From Bacteriovorax stolpii (GTDB lineage: Bacteria; Bdellovibrionota; Bacteriovoracia; Bacteriovoracales; Bacteriovoracaceae), in assembly GCA_945860895.1 (NCBI GenBank), contig CAMASK010000004.1, forward strand, positions 11,390-75,389: DNA of 64,000 nucleotides. The letters run 5' to 3'. Numbering within the stretch: position 1 is the stretch's first letter; each line of letters starts with the position of its first letter. A program made the translations under genes and the position numbers. Under the pieces are notes generated by a model. That model ran no database searches and had not been told where the DNA came from. It was given only the letters and a program-made list of their open reading frames with translations. Shown here piece by piece: positions 6,076-15,428 of the stretch.

Positions 6076-9000
6076 TTATTGCATTAGATTAATATAGGAT
6101 TGAATCTGGGACCTATCAGGAGCCTCAGGATTCATTTCAAGATACAATTTATAGGATTCTACGGCAAGAGCACCTTGACCTAGTAGACGGTAAACATCTC
6201 CAATTTTCTTATGAATAATTGGTTGATCACCCTTTTCGATCATGGCTTTTTTATAGAGATCCAGTGCTAAGTCAAAATTGTTTCGCTTCGTACTGAGATC
6301 AGCTAACCCCATCAAAGCATCGAAATTTTTAGGGTTAATTTTCTGAGACTTCTTATACATATTTTCGGCCTGTATAAGGTCTCCTTTCTCGACAAAAATC
6401 TGGGCCATTAAGGTTAAATCAGCATCATTATCCCCATTGGCCTTAAGATCGGCTTCAACATCCTTCATAGCGCCGTCAAAGTCTTTGCTGAGATATTTAA
6501 TTTTAGCTATATAGTATTGAACTTTAGGATAAGTTTCTAGTTTTTCTTGAATCCGCTTAAACCATTTAGCTGCTTCAACTAATTTTCCATTTTCATATAG
6601 AACTCGACCAGCAGTCATCATTGCTTCAAGTTCACCAGGTTCTATAGCGATCAACTGTTCTACTAAATTAGGAATCTCATCAAAACGTTCATCTAATAAA
6701 GCAGCTCGAATCAAAAATTCATAGAGGGACTTATCTTTAGTTGTTAGTTTTTCTAGTTTTTCTTTATAGACTTGAAAATCTTTTATTTTTCCTGCACGGT
6801 AATAGAAAACCGCTATCTCAGATAATATCCTAGGGTTCTCGCCAAATTCATTTAATAAGCCAAGTAGATATCCAATTGCTGAAGTGTCATCTTGTTGTTC
6901 ATAAACTATCTTAGAGTAGGCAATGCGGTAATCAGTATTAACGGGATCGAGTTCCATACATTTATTTAGCAGTAATCTGGCGGCATCAAAATTTGCTCGT
7001 TTGATTAAAAGTTCCGACAAGAGATAAATGTCATGGTCATTTAATGGATTCATATTAATCGAATTTCTTAACCATGAAATTGCTTGTAGCGAATCACCCA
7101 TTTTAATATACAGACGACCGTTGGCGGATGCGAATTCGTATGAGTTTTTTAAAACTGTACCTGATACAACAGCAATTCTATTTTTTGCATCATTAAATTT
7201 ATATGTATCTATATAGGCATCAATAAGTGCAAGATTAATGCTGTTATTATCTGGATATATTTTTATTAATTCTTCTAAAGTTTTCAATGCTTGTTTTGCC
7301 AAACCTAACCTAAGTTGAACTTTTGCGAGGAATAATTCTGATGGAATATGCCCAGGAAGAACGTCTGTGGCTTTAGCAGCAGCACTCATCGCCAATTCAT
7401 AATTTCTTTTCTCAAAGAATTCTTTTGCCAAAGATAGTTGTTTTATCGCCTTAGATTCAGCAATTAATTTATCTGTTTCACTTTGGGGATTATCAGAACC
7501 TGCAAGATCGGCAAGCTTCATTCTAAGTTCTATTGAGTCTTCTATTTGAAGAGATTTCATAAAAAGGGCAGTCGCGCCTTTAGTATCACCCTGCTTGGCT
7601 AAAATTAAACCTTTAAGTTCTAAATATCGCGCACGATTAAAATCGCTATTCTCCATATTAAGCTCCTCCAGTTTTACGAGAAGAGCTTTGGCTTCGTTGA
7701 AGTTTTTATTCTTGATTACAAAATCTAATTTATACAAATAAAACATAACTGATTTGGGATTATTTTTGATCGCCTCATTCATATATTCAAGTGCCTGTTC
7801 ATGCTCCTGATTAAGCAGTGAATATTCAATTAAAGCATCATAAGTATATCGATTTTTTTGTGGAGCTTTTAACAGCGGCTTGTGAAATTGCGAAATTGCA
7901 TCTATTTTTCCAGTTTTGATCAATGTTTTGAGATAAACGGCGAATAAATCTTGAGTAACGTTTTTTGGATACAACTTAAGATATTTACTTAATACATCAG
8001 ACGCAGCTTCTGGTTTATTGATTGCCATATAAAATAAATTTAAACCAATGGCACCATTTGGATTACGAACAAGAAATGGTCTTTTTGCTTGTATCAGATT
8101 GAAAATAATTTGTGCGTCTAAAAGTTTTTCTTTGGAATGCTTCAATTCCTCAGCATAGACCCTTACAAGAAGTGAGAGGATGTCCTCAGAATCAATATTA
8201 TTTTCATAAGCACTTTTAAGTAATTCTCCCGATTTAATTAAATTAGGATATTCACCTGATGCAAATAATGAAACTGCCTTTTCGTACTCAATTTGAGCTC
8301 TTTTGCTATCTGCTTTGTCAAAAGGTACAGGAAAGACAATTATTGGATTTAAATGAACGAATGGAGGGTTTTTTGGTTTTTCATCACTTGGAAAAAAAAT
8401 GGCGTATAAAATTCCTAAAATTGCCAGAAATCCAATAAGTTTAATTTTCTTTTTCTTAACGAATTCTTCATTTTCTTTCTCTTCATCTTTTAAATCTTGT
8501 TCGACTTGCTCTTCTTCTGCTTTTTTCTTTTTCTTTATTGCTTTAATTTCTTTTTCAATTTTTTCTTCTTCTTCCTGAGCAACTAACATGAGATCTCTAT
8601 GGCTATCTAGACGAATCATCTGGGTAGTTTCATCAGCTTCTTCAATGCTTTTTTGAGCTTCCTGTTTTTTATAAATCTCTAGCTCGTATTTTTTTTGTTC
8701 TTCTTCGGCTTTTTTGCTTGCCTCAAATACCTTCTGTTCTCTTTTGAGCCTTTCAATCTCTTGTTGGGCAACAGGATTTATAATTGTTTTATTTCCAATA
8801 TCATTCTCAACATCAACTCCAGAGGTATTATCGAGTTGCATTTCAAATAAAGTATTATCTGAAGCCGTTTTAGGAATATCTTTTTCAATCGACAAAGGAG
8901 AAGCAATGCGTATGGTTTCAGTTAATTCTACAACTGGCTGATGCTTCACAACATCAATCTGATCAATTTCAAATTCATTTTTTTGGTTTCTAAGTTTAGT

Positions 9001-9237
9001 CAAATCTATCACGAAAGTTGATTCTGATTTATCTGGTGTAATTGAGGTAGTTTTATTTTCTTTTATAAGTTCAGCATAAAATTCAAATGATTTTAAAGGC
9101 AACCAATCACCGGTTGGAAAAATCTGAGCTTCCTCAGAACCTACGATATGATTTTTCGCCTTCAGCTCATGAAGCTGTTCAATCAGGAAGGGTCCTATAA
9201 CCCGTCCATTTTTGAGCCGGATGCGATATTTCGTCAT
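6076..9237 (-). CDS. large bitopic protein: N-terminal GYF_2-like domain, acidic coiled-coil linker, one TM helix, long TPR array
   Basis: YRIRLKNGRVIGPFLIEQL...DWLPL (GYF_2-like); KKKKIKLIGFLAILGILYAIFF TM; many TPR repeats (e.g. ALMGLADLSTKRNNFDLALDLYKKAM). Confidence 0.85.
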   Translation of the reverse strand: MTKYRIRLKNGRVIGPFLIEQLHELKAKNHIVGSEEAQIFPTGDWLPLKSFEFYAELIKENKTTSITPDKSESTFVIDLTKLRNQKNEFEIDQIDVVKHQPVVELTETIRIASPLSIEKDIPKTASDNTLFEMQLDNTSGVDVENDIGNKTIINPVAQQEIERLKREQKVFEASKKAEEEQKKYELEIYKKQEAQKSIEEADETTQMIRLDSHRDLMLVAQEEEEKIEKEIKAIKKKKKAEEEQVEQDLKDEEKENEEFVKKKKIKLIGFLAILGILYAIFFPSDEKPKNPPFVHLNPIIVFPVPFDKADSKRAQIEYEKAVSLFASGEYPNLIKSGELLKSAYENNIDSEDILSLLVRVYAEELKHSKEKLLDAQIIFNLIQAKRPFLVRNPNGAIGLNLFYMAINKPEAASDVLSKYLKLYPKNVTQDLFAVYLKTLIKTGKIDAISQFHKPLLKAPQKNRYTYDALIEYSLLNQEHEQALEYMNEAIKNNPKSVMFYLYKLDFVIKNKNFNEAKALLVKLEELNMENSDFNRARYLELKGLILAKQGDTKGATALFMKSLQIEDSIELRMKLADLAGSDNPQSETDKLIAESKAIKQLSLAKEFFEKRNYELAMSAAAKATDVLPGHIPSELFLAKVQLRLGLAKQALKTLEELIKIYPDNNSINLALIDAYIDTYKFNDAKNRIAVVSGTVLKNSYEFASANGRLYIKMGDSLQAISWLRNSINMNPLNDHDIYLLSELLIKRANFDAARLLLNKCMELDPVNTDYRIAYSKIVYEQQDDTSAIGYLLGLLNEFGENPRILSEIAVFYYRAGKIKDFQVYKEKLEKLTTKDKSLYEFLIRAALLDERFDEIPNLVEQLIAIEPGELEAMMTAGRVLYENGKLVEAAKWFKRIQEKLETYPKVQYYIAKIKYLSKDFDGAMKDVEADLKANGDNDADLTLMAQIFVEKGDLIQAENMYKKSQKINPKNFDALMGLADLSTKRNNFDLALDLYKKAMIEKGDQPIIHKKIGDVYRLLGQGALAVESYKLYLEMNPEAPDRSQIQSYINLMQ

Positions 9238-9243
9238 AGGAAG

Positions 9244-9274
9244 ATTATAAAGGTTTTTAAATTATTGTGGATAA
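9244..9274 (-). promoter_or_regulatory. leaderless promoter with a perfect DnaA box over the -35 position
   Basis: TATAAT at 9249-9244, 6 nt before ATG 9237. TTATCCACA at 9274-9266 covers the position 17 nt upstream of the -10. Confidence 0.6.
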
Positions 9275-9300
9275 AAACAAAGAAGGGACCCGAAGGTCCC
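9275..9300 (-). terminator. intrinsic terminator after nuoN
   Basis: GGGACC-TTCG-GGTCCC hairpin followed by TTCTTTGTTT. Confidence 0.85.
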
Positions 9301-9312
9301 AACTTTTAAGAA

Positions 9313-10779
9313 TTACTTGATGAAAAGGGAGGCATTCCCAGAAATGGTCATAACCTTTTCCCAAAAGATTCCCAAGAAAAGAACAGGAATGAAAAGGGCA
9401 ACAATCACGGCCTGATTCACAGGAGTGAAACCAGTTACCTTAACATCGCCATCGGCTTGGTCAAAGATCATGGTTTTAGCGAGCTTCATATAATAATAAA
9501 GTGCAATAACCGAGTTAATCGCTGCTACTAAGGCTATTCCATATAACTTCTTCTCAATAATGACAGAGAAAATATTAAATTTGGCCACAAATCCGCTAAA
9601 TGGAGGCATACCAGCCAATGAGAAAAGTACAGCGGCCATAATTAAGGCCATGCCAGGGTGCTTATAGATCAAACCCTTAAAGACATCGTATGAGTCAGTT
9701 CCATACATATCAGACAAGTGTGAAGTGATATAGAAGGCAATCAAAGTCATGAACATGTAAACGATTCCGTAAAATAGAATCGCCTGAACGCCTGCTTTAT
9801 TCAAAGTCACAATACCTAAAATCATCAAACCGACGTGACCAATCGAAGAGAAAGCCAGAAGACGCTTAACAGAATTTTGACCAATAGCTGTTACGTTACC
9901 AACTGTCATAGTCATGGCAGAAATGAGCAGCATTAATCCAGTCCATGAAACAGCAAGAAGTGATCCACCATCAAAAAAGATAAACGAAACACGTACCAAA
10001 GCTGCAAGACCAGCCATTTTAGGAACAATAGCAAAAAAAGCAGTCACTGGAATTGGTGATCCCTGGTAAACATCCGGAGTCCACATATGAAAAGGGAAAA
10101 CTGAAATTTTATAGCCAAGCCCAACAAAAAAGAAGATGAAAGAAACCATGACGATCGCAAGATTAGTGCCTTCAAGGCCAGGAAGCTTAGTGATCATATC
10201 TACAAACTGGATGGAACCCAAAACACCGTAAAGGTGACTGATACCATATAAAGCCACACCAGCTGAAAGACCACCGTATAAAGCGTACTTCATACCAGCT
10301 TCAGTTGAAGTTGATTCATCTCTTTTAAATGAAGCTAGTACATATGAAAGGATCGAAAGTGTTTCAATCCCTAAATATAGAGTCAGCATATTATTAGCTG
10401 AAGCTAAAAGCATTCCACCGATTAAAACTCCAACTGCCATGATAGCGAATTCAGATTTTAGATTAGTGTAAATATCTTTTGATGAATAACTTAGGAAAAT
10501 AGCACCCATTGTTCCCAATACCATGATGATTTTAACAAGCGTGCTAAAAGGATCAATTGTTATAGCATTGTGAAAAATATAAACGGGAGCTTCACCCAAG
10601 TTCTTAAATAAGAAAATTAGTGTTATTGAAAGAAGTGCCAGGGCATAACCGATGATCTTGCCACGATTACCATGTTCTTCTTTTACTAAGGCTTCAAGTA
10701 CTAACAAAGTCGTCATCAGCACAATGCAGATAAGTTCCGGAATGTAGTAGCTTAAAAAACCAAAGAGCTGCTGTATCAC
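9313..10779 (-). CDS. nuoN: NADH-quinone oxidoreductase subunit N
   Basis: YLGIETLSI, EAGMKYALYG, YKISVFPFHMWTPDVYQGSP, KRLLAFSSIGH; GTG start. Confidence 0.93.
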   Translation of the reverse strand: MIQQLFGFLSYYIPELICIVLMTTLLVLEALVKEEHGNRGKIIGYALALLSITLIFLFKNLGEAPVYIFHNAITIDPFSTLVKIIMVLGTMGAIFLSYSSKDIYTNLKSEFAIMAVGVLIGGMLLASANNMLTLYLGIETLSILSYVLASFKRDESTSTEAGMKYALYGGLSAGVALYGISHLYGVLGSIQFVDMITKLPGLEGTNLAIVMVSFIFFFVGLGYKISVFPFHMWTPDVYQGSPIPVTAFFAIVPKMAGLAALVRVSFIFFDGGSLLAVSWTGLMLLISAMTMTVGNVTAIGQNSVKRLLAFSSIGHVGLMILGIVTLNKAGVQAILFYGIVYMFMTLIAFYITSHLSDMYGTDSYDVFKGLIYKHPGMALIMAAVLFSLAGMPPFSGFVAKFNIFSVIIEKKLYGIALVAAINSVIALYYYMKLAKTMIFDQADGDVKVTGFTPVNQAVIVALFIPVLFLGIFWEKVMTISGNASLFIK

Positions 10780-10790
10780 AAAGACCTCGC

Positions 10791-12308
10791 TTAAAATTTC
10801 GCTAACAGATCAACTAACTGACCTACAGAAGCTTTCATCACGTTAAGAAGTGGGCTTGGGAAAATTCCAAACACAACTACACAAATGCAAAGTGGAATCA
10901 TGTAGAACACTTCACGAGCATTCATATCATCGTATTCTTCAGTTTCAGGATTAACTTCACCGAAGAACATACGCTTAAACATCCATAATAAGTAAGCAGC
11001 ACCAATTAAGAGACCAACTACTGCAATAACTGTGATGGTTGTGAACTTCTGATAGATTCCAAGGAAAATAAGAGCCTCAGAGATAAACCCTGAAAGACCT
11101 GGGAGACCAAGTGAAGCAAACATACCGATAATGAACACAGTTGTGTACTTTGGAAGTTTAGTTGAAAGGCCGCCGTAACCTTTTGAACCATCAGGTTTAA
11201 CAATCCAACGGTGGTGAGAGCGCTCATACAGAATCCCGATAAGTAAGAACATCATGGCTGTAGAAGTACCGTGGTTAAACATCTGAAGAACAGCACCATT
11301 CATGCCTTGAGTAGTCATGGCCGAAAGACCCAGCATGACAAAACCCATGTGTGAAACCGATGAGTAAGCGATAAGTTTTTTCATATCATCTTGGGCCATG
11401 GCACAGAAGGCTCCGTAGATAACAGAGATCAAACCTAACCAAGCGATGATTGAAGAGTAATCAACTGCTGCTTGAGGGAAGATTGGGAATGCAATTCTTA
11501 AAAATCCGTAAGTCCCCATCTTGAGTAGTACACCGGCGAGAATTACAGAAACTGCAGTTGGGGCCTGAACGTGAGCGTGTGGTAACCAAGTATGGAAAGG
11601 GAATACAGGAACCTTGATGGCAAAACCAAGGAACATAAACCAGAAGAATAAGTGTTCAAAAGAGAACGTGTGACCAAAGATCATCACTGTTTCATTTACA
11701 AATTTACCACCTTGCAGTGCAAGGATATTAAATGAATCAACACCTTTTCCACTAGCGTAATAAAGAGCGATGATACCTACCAACATGAAAATCGAACCAA
11801 AGAAAGTATAGAGGAAGAATTTGATCGCTGCATACTCTCTGTTTTCTCCACCCCAGATTCCGATGAGAAAGAACATTGGCAGAAGCATAACTTCCCAGTA
11901 AACGTAGAAAAGGAAAAAATCTAAAGAGAAGAAAACTCCAAACACTGTTGATTGAAGCATCAACAGTAGAGCGAAGTAAGCTTTTACATTTTTTTCAACT
12001 GTCCATGAAGACAAAGTACAGATAAAGAAGAGAAGAGCATTCAAGAACGTCATGAGCATCGTGATGCCATCGATTCCTAAAAAGTAATTGATATGAAATT
12101 GTTCAATCCATGGAAACTTCACTACAAACTGCATGTCTGCTGTCGAAGTATCAAACTTCAAATAAAGCAGCACTGATAGAATCAGCGTTATTGAAGTAGT
12201 AAATAAAGTCACCATACGGATTACATTTTCTTTTGCCTTCGGAGTAACAATAACTCCAAGAGCGCCAAGGATAGGTAACCATAAAATCCAATTCAGTATT
12301 CCGTTCAC
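10791..12308 (-). CDS. nuoM: NADH-quinone oxidoreductase subunit M
   Basis: FYVYWEVMLLPMFF, AIKVPVFPFHTWLPHAHVQAP, LLKMGTYG, KKLIAYSSVSHMG, FISE. Confidence 0.95.
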   Translation of the reverse strand: MNGILNWILWLPILGALGVIVTPKAKENVIRMVTLFTTSITLILSVLLYLKFDTSTADMQFVVKFPWIEQFHINYFLGIDGITMLMTFLNALLFFICTLSSWTVEKNVKAYFALLLMLQSTVFGVFFSLDFFLFYVYWEVMLLPMFFLIGIWGGENREYAAIKFFLYTFFGSIFMLVGIIALYYASGKGVDSFNILALQGGKFVNETVMIFGHTFSFEHLFFWFMFLGFAIKVPVFPFHTWLPHAHVQAPTAVSVILAGVLLKMGTYGFLRIAFPIFPQAAVDYSSIIAWLGLISVIYGAFCAMAQDDMKKLIAYSSVSHMGFVMLGLSAMTTQGMNGAVLQMFNHGTSTAMMFLLIGILYERSHHRWIVKPDGSKGYGGLSTKLPKYTTVFIIGMFASLGLPGLSGFISEALIFLGIYQKFTTITVIAVVGLLIGAAYLLWMFKRMFFGEVNPETEEYDDMNAREVFYMIPLCICVVVFGIFPSPLLNVMKASVGQLVDLLAKF

Positions 12309-12338
12309 AACGAACCTCTCTCTATAAAAAAAACTAAC

Positions 12339-14549
12339 TTAAAAATTTAATGTCCAAATATAACTAGCTAAAACCATCACTAACATAATGAAATAAAACT
12401 GGATCTTTCCTGATTGAACAATTCTCAATACCAAGTTGAAAAGATTTACGGCAACACCGGTTCCATCTACACCAATGGCATCAATAACGACGTTATCAAA
12501 CCATTTTGCCACTTTATACATCACGCGATTAACAGCTGCTGCTCCATCAACTACATATCGGTCATAGATGCCCATATCAATCCACGCCAAGCCACGATTA
12601 AGTCCAAGTAAACCTTTTTTAATCAAGACATCGATGTAGAAATCATCGAAGCCGTATTTGTTCTGAAGAACTTTGGTTAGTCCAGGAAATCTGGTTGCCC
12701 ATGGGTTAACAGATTTCTTGATGTACATAAGGAAGGCAAGTAATACACCGGCAAAAGCAATAAAGATTGAAGCAATGGCACCAATAGTGTGAGCTGAATG
12801 AAGTTTGTGCTCATCAGGATTTGGTCCTGCATAACCAGTTTGGTGATGATAATGTGCATGCTCAAGATGGGATTGCTCTCTTGTATCCATTTTAGAAAAA
12901 TCTTCGCGCTTATGATTAACGAATTTTTCAACTTGGGGAGCTTCAACCAGAATTTTAAACCATTCAGTCTTTGCTCCAAAAAGATTTCCAAAACTCTGGC
13001 CTGTAAGTGTTCCACTAAACCAAAAACCAAGCGTAAAAACTGCAAGAATAAGAAGAGGGACGTTCTGACGGACATCAAGGTGCTCATGATGGATGTCGTG
13101 TCCATGAGATTTGTGTCCTTTAGCATCGTGATGTCCATGACCATGACCGTGGTTATCATGATGCTGTTTATTCTCTCCATAGAAAGTGAGAAACATCATC
13201 CTGAACATATAGAAAGCTGTAAGCCCCGCGCCTGCGAAACCAAGAATTGGAACAATCGCAAGAAGTGGATTCTGACCAGACATGAAACCATAATAAAGAG
13301 CATCACCAAGAATTCTGTCTTTAGATACAAAACCAGAGAAGAATGGAATACCCGCAATGGCTAGTGTACAGGCCATCATTGCAAAATGCGTGTAAGGAAG
13401 ATACTTACGAAGTCCACCCAACTTAGGCATTTCCTGCTCGTGAACAGAATGAATGATTGAACCGGCCGACAAGAAGAGACACGCCTTAAAACAAGCGTGA
13501 GTAATAACGTGCATGAAAGCTGCATTATACGAACCAACCCCCACACCAATGATCATATAACCAAGTTGTGAAAGAGTAGAGTAAGCGAGTACTGCTTTAA
13601 TATCAGTTTGTACGGTTGCAATAGTGGCTGCACCAAAAGCGGTGATGGCCCCAATCACGGCAATGAACCAAGTGATGTCACCCAGAACCATTAATGGATA
13701 CATACGAAGAGAAACCCAAACACCCGCTGTAACCATAGTAGCAGCGTGGATGAGAGCAGAACCTGGAGTCGGCCCCATCATCGCATCAGGAAGCCAAACG
13801 TGAAGTGGGAATTGAGCTGATTTACCCATGGCACCTAAGAAAATACAAAGAGCCGCAAAAGTCGCAAATGAAATTCCAAGAACAGATTGTCCGTCAAATT
13901 TTCCTTCAGCAATGGCTGCGTAAATATCAACGTAGTTCACACTTCCAAGCAACATCCAAAGGGCAACTATACCTAATAAGAGAAAAACATCTCCTACTCG
14001 AGTTGTCATAAATGCTTTAAGAGAAGCATCGCCCGCTTTCTCTTTTTTATTATAGATACCAATGAGAGAGTAAGAGCAAAAGCCCATGATTTCCCAAAAG
14101 ATAAAAAGAGAGAAAAGGTTATCAGAAAGAACTAAGCCAAGCATGGCCGAAGTAAAAAGAGGAAGGAAAACAAAAAATCTTCCGTGCTTCTCATCATGAT
14201 CCATATACCAGGTAGAGAAAAGGTGAATTAAAAATGCCACACCAGAAACCATCAAAAGCATGATGGCAGACATGTTATCTAAATAGATACCCATATCAAC
14301 TTTCCAGATTTGAGAACCATGAGATAGATCAAACCAAGTGAAAGTTTTATGGATAAAGAAATCGGTAGCAAATTGGCCAAAAACGAAATCCCCAAAAATT
14401 CTTGCGGAAAAAATAAAAGAAATAAAAATACTTAGTGTTGCGAGCCAATCACCCTGACGAGGGAGCTTTCTTCCAAAAAAAGCGTTGATTACAAACGCAA
14501 TTACTGGGGAAAGAAAAATCGGTGCAATACTTCCAACTGTATATTCCAT
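12339..14549 (-). CDS. nuoL: NADH-quinone oxidoreductase subunit L with His-rich insertions
   Basis: FIFWEIMG, KAFMTTRVGD, GKSAQFPLHVWLPDAMMGPTP, IKAVLAYSTLSQLGY, QSGKIQFY. Confidence 0.95.
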   Translation of the reverse strand: MEYTVGSIAPIFLSPVIAFVINAFFGRKLPRQGDWLATLSIFISFIFSARIFGDFVFGQFATDFFIHKTFTWFDLSHGSQIWKVDMGIYLDNMSAIMLLMVSGVAFLIHLFSTWYMDHDEKHGRFFVFLPLFTSAMLGLVLSDNLFSLFIFWEIMGFCSYSLIGIYNKKEKAGDASLKAFMTTRVGDVFLLLGIVALWMLLGSVNYVDIYAAIAEGKFDGQSVLGISFATFAALCIFLGAMGKSAQFPLHVWLPDAMMGPTPGSALIHAATMVTAGVWVSLRMYPLMVLGDITWFIAVIGAITAFGAATIATVQTDIKAVLAYSTLSQLGYMIIGVGVGSYNAAFMHVITHACFKACLFLSAGSIIHSVHEQEMPKLGGLRKYLPYTHFAMMACTLAIAGIPFFSGFVSKDRILGDALYYGFMSGQNPLLAIVPILGFAGAGLTAFYMFRMMFLTFYGENKQHHDNHGHGHGHHDAKGHKSHGHDIHHEHLDVRQNVPLLILAVFTLGFWFSGTLTGQSFGNLFGAKTEWFKILVEAPQVEKFVNHKREDFSKMDTREQSHLEHAHYHHQTGYAGPNPDEHKLHSAHTIGAIASIFIAFAGVLLAFLMYIKKSVNPWATRFPGLTKVLQNKYGFDDFYIDVLIKKGLLGLNRGLAWIDMGIYDRYVVDGAAAVNRVMYKVAKWFDNVVIDAIGVDGTGVAVNLFNLVLRIVQSGKIQFYFIMLVMVLASYIWTLNF

Positions 14550-14558
14550 GTATGACCC

Positions 14559-14864
14559 TTAATTTCTTAACTGTGTGGCTTCATCAATATGGATTGTTTC
14601 TTTTATTTGGAAGAAACGAATCACAATCGCAAGCCCCACTGCTGCTTCAGCAGCGGCAACAACAATAATAAATAGACTAAAAATGTGACCATCAAGGTTG
14701 TTAGTCACGTAGCGAGAGTAAGCGACAAAATTCAAAGCTGCCGCATTAAGAATCAATTCAATCCCTAAAAGAATCGCCACAATGTTTTTTCGGGAAAGCA
14801 TGACAACTAATCCAATGACAAAAAGGATTAGAGAAATAATTAAATAAGAACCTAAACTCATCAT
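14559..14864 (-). CDS. nuoK: NADH-quinone oxidoreductase subunit K
   Basis: LLGIELILNAA and AAAEAAVGLAI with both conserved Glu. Confidence 0.95.
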   Translation of the reverse strand: MMSLGSYLIISLILFVIGLVVMLSRKNIVAILLGIELILNAAALNFVAYSRYVTNNLDGHIFSLFIIVVAAAEAAVGLAIVIRFFQIKETIHIDEATQLRN

Positions 14865-14875
14865 AATTAACTCGC

Positions 14876-15412
14876 TTATTTTTGCTTACGTGGACGAGCA
14901 ATAATTGCAGCTCCCACTAAGGCACCAAGTAAAAGAACAGAAGAAATTTCGAAGGCAAGTACATGATCCTTAACTAATAAGTGACCAATTTGAGAAACAG
15001 TTGATGGATACTCATCTCCAATCACTTTAGGAGCATGAGAATTCATTACATTTGAAATAAGTCTTATGTTAGTTAAAAGTAGAACAAGCCCAACCAGACC
15101 GCCCACTGAGTAAGTCCATTTATTTCCCATTGAACTAGGGAGGCCGAGTAAGTTTTGAGCACGTGAAATAAAGTCTTTTCCGCCCGTTAACATGACGGCA
15201 AATAACATAAGAATGACGACACCACCCATATAAACCATAATTTGAGTCACAGCTACGAAGTCCGCACCTAAAGTTGCAAATAATCCAGCCACTCCCATGA
15301 GTGAACCCAGAAGAAAAATACATGAATGCATAAGGTTTTTAGTGGCCAGCACACCGAGAGCGCATCCAACCGTTAAAGTCGCAGAAGAAGCAAAAAGTAA
15401 TTGTATGAACAT
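14876..15412 (-). CDS. nuoJ: NADH-quinone oxidoreductase subunit J
   Basis: FVAVTQIMVYMGGVVILMLFAVML; FEISSVLLLGALVGA. Confidence 0.93.
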   Translation of the reverse strand: MFIQLLFASSATLTVGCALGVLATKNLMHSCIFLLGSLMGVAGLFATLGADFVAVTQIMVYMGGVVILMLFAVMLTGGKDFISRAQNLLGLPSSMGNKWTYSVGGLVGLVLLLTNIRLISNVMNSHAPKVIGDEYPSTVSQIGHLLVKDHVLAFEISSVLLLGALVGAAIIARPRKQK

Positions 15413-15428
15413 GAGTGTCCCTTAAATA

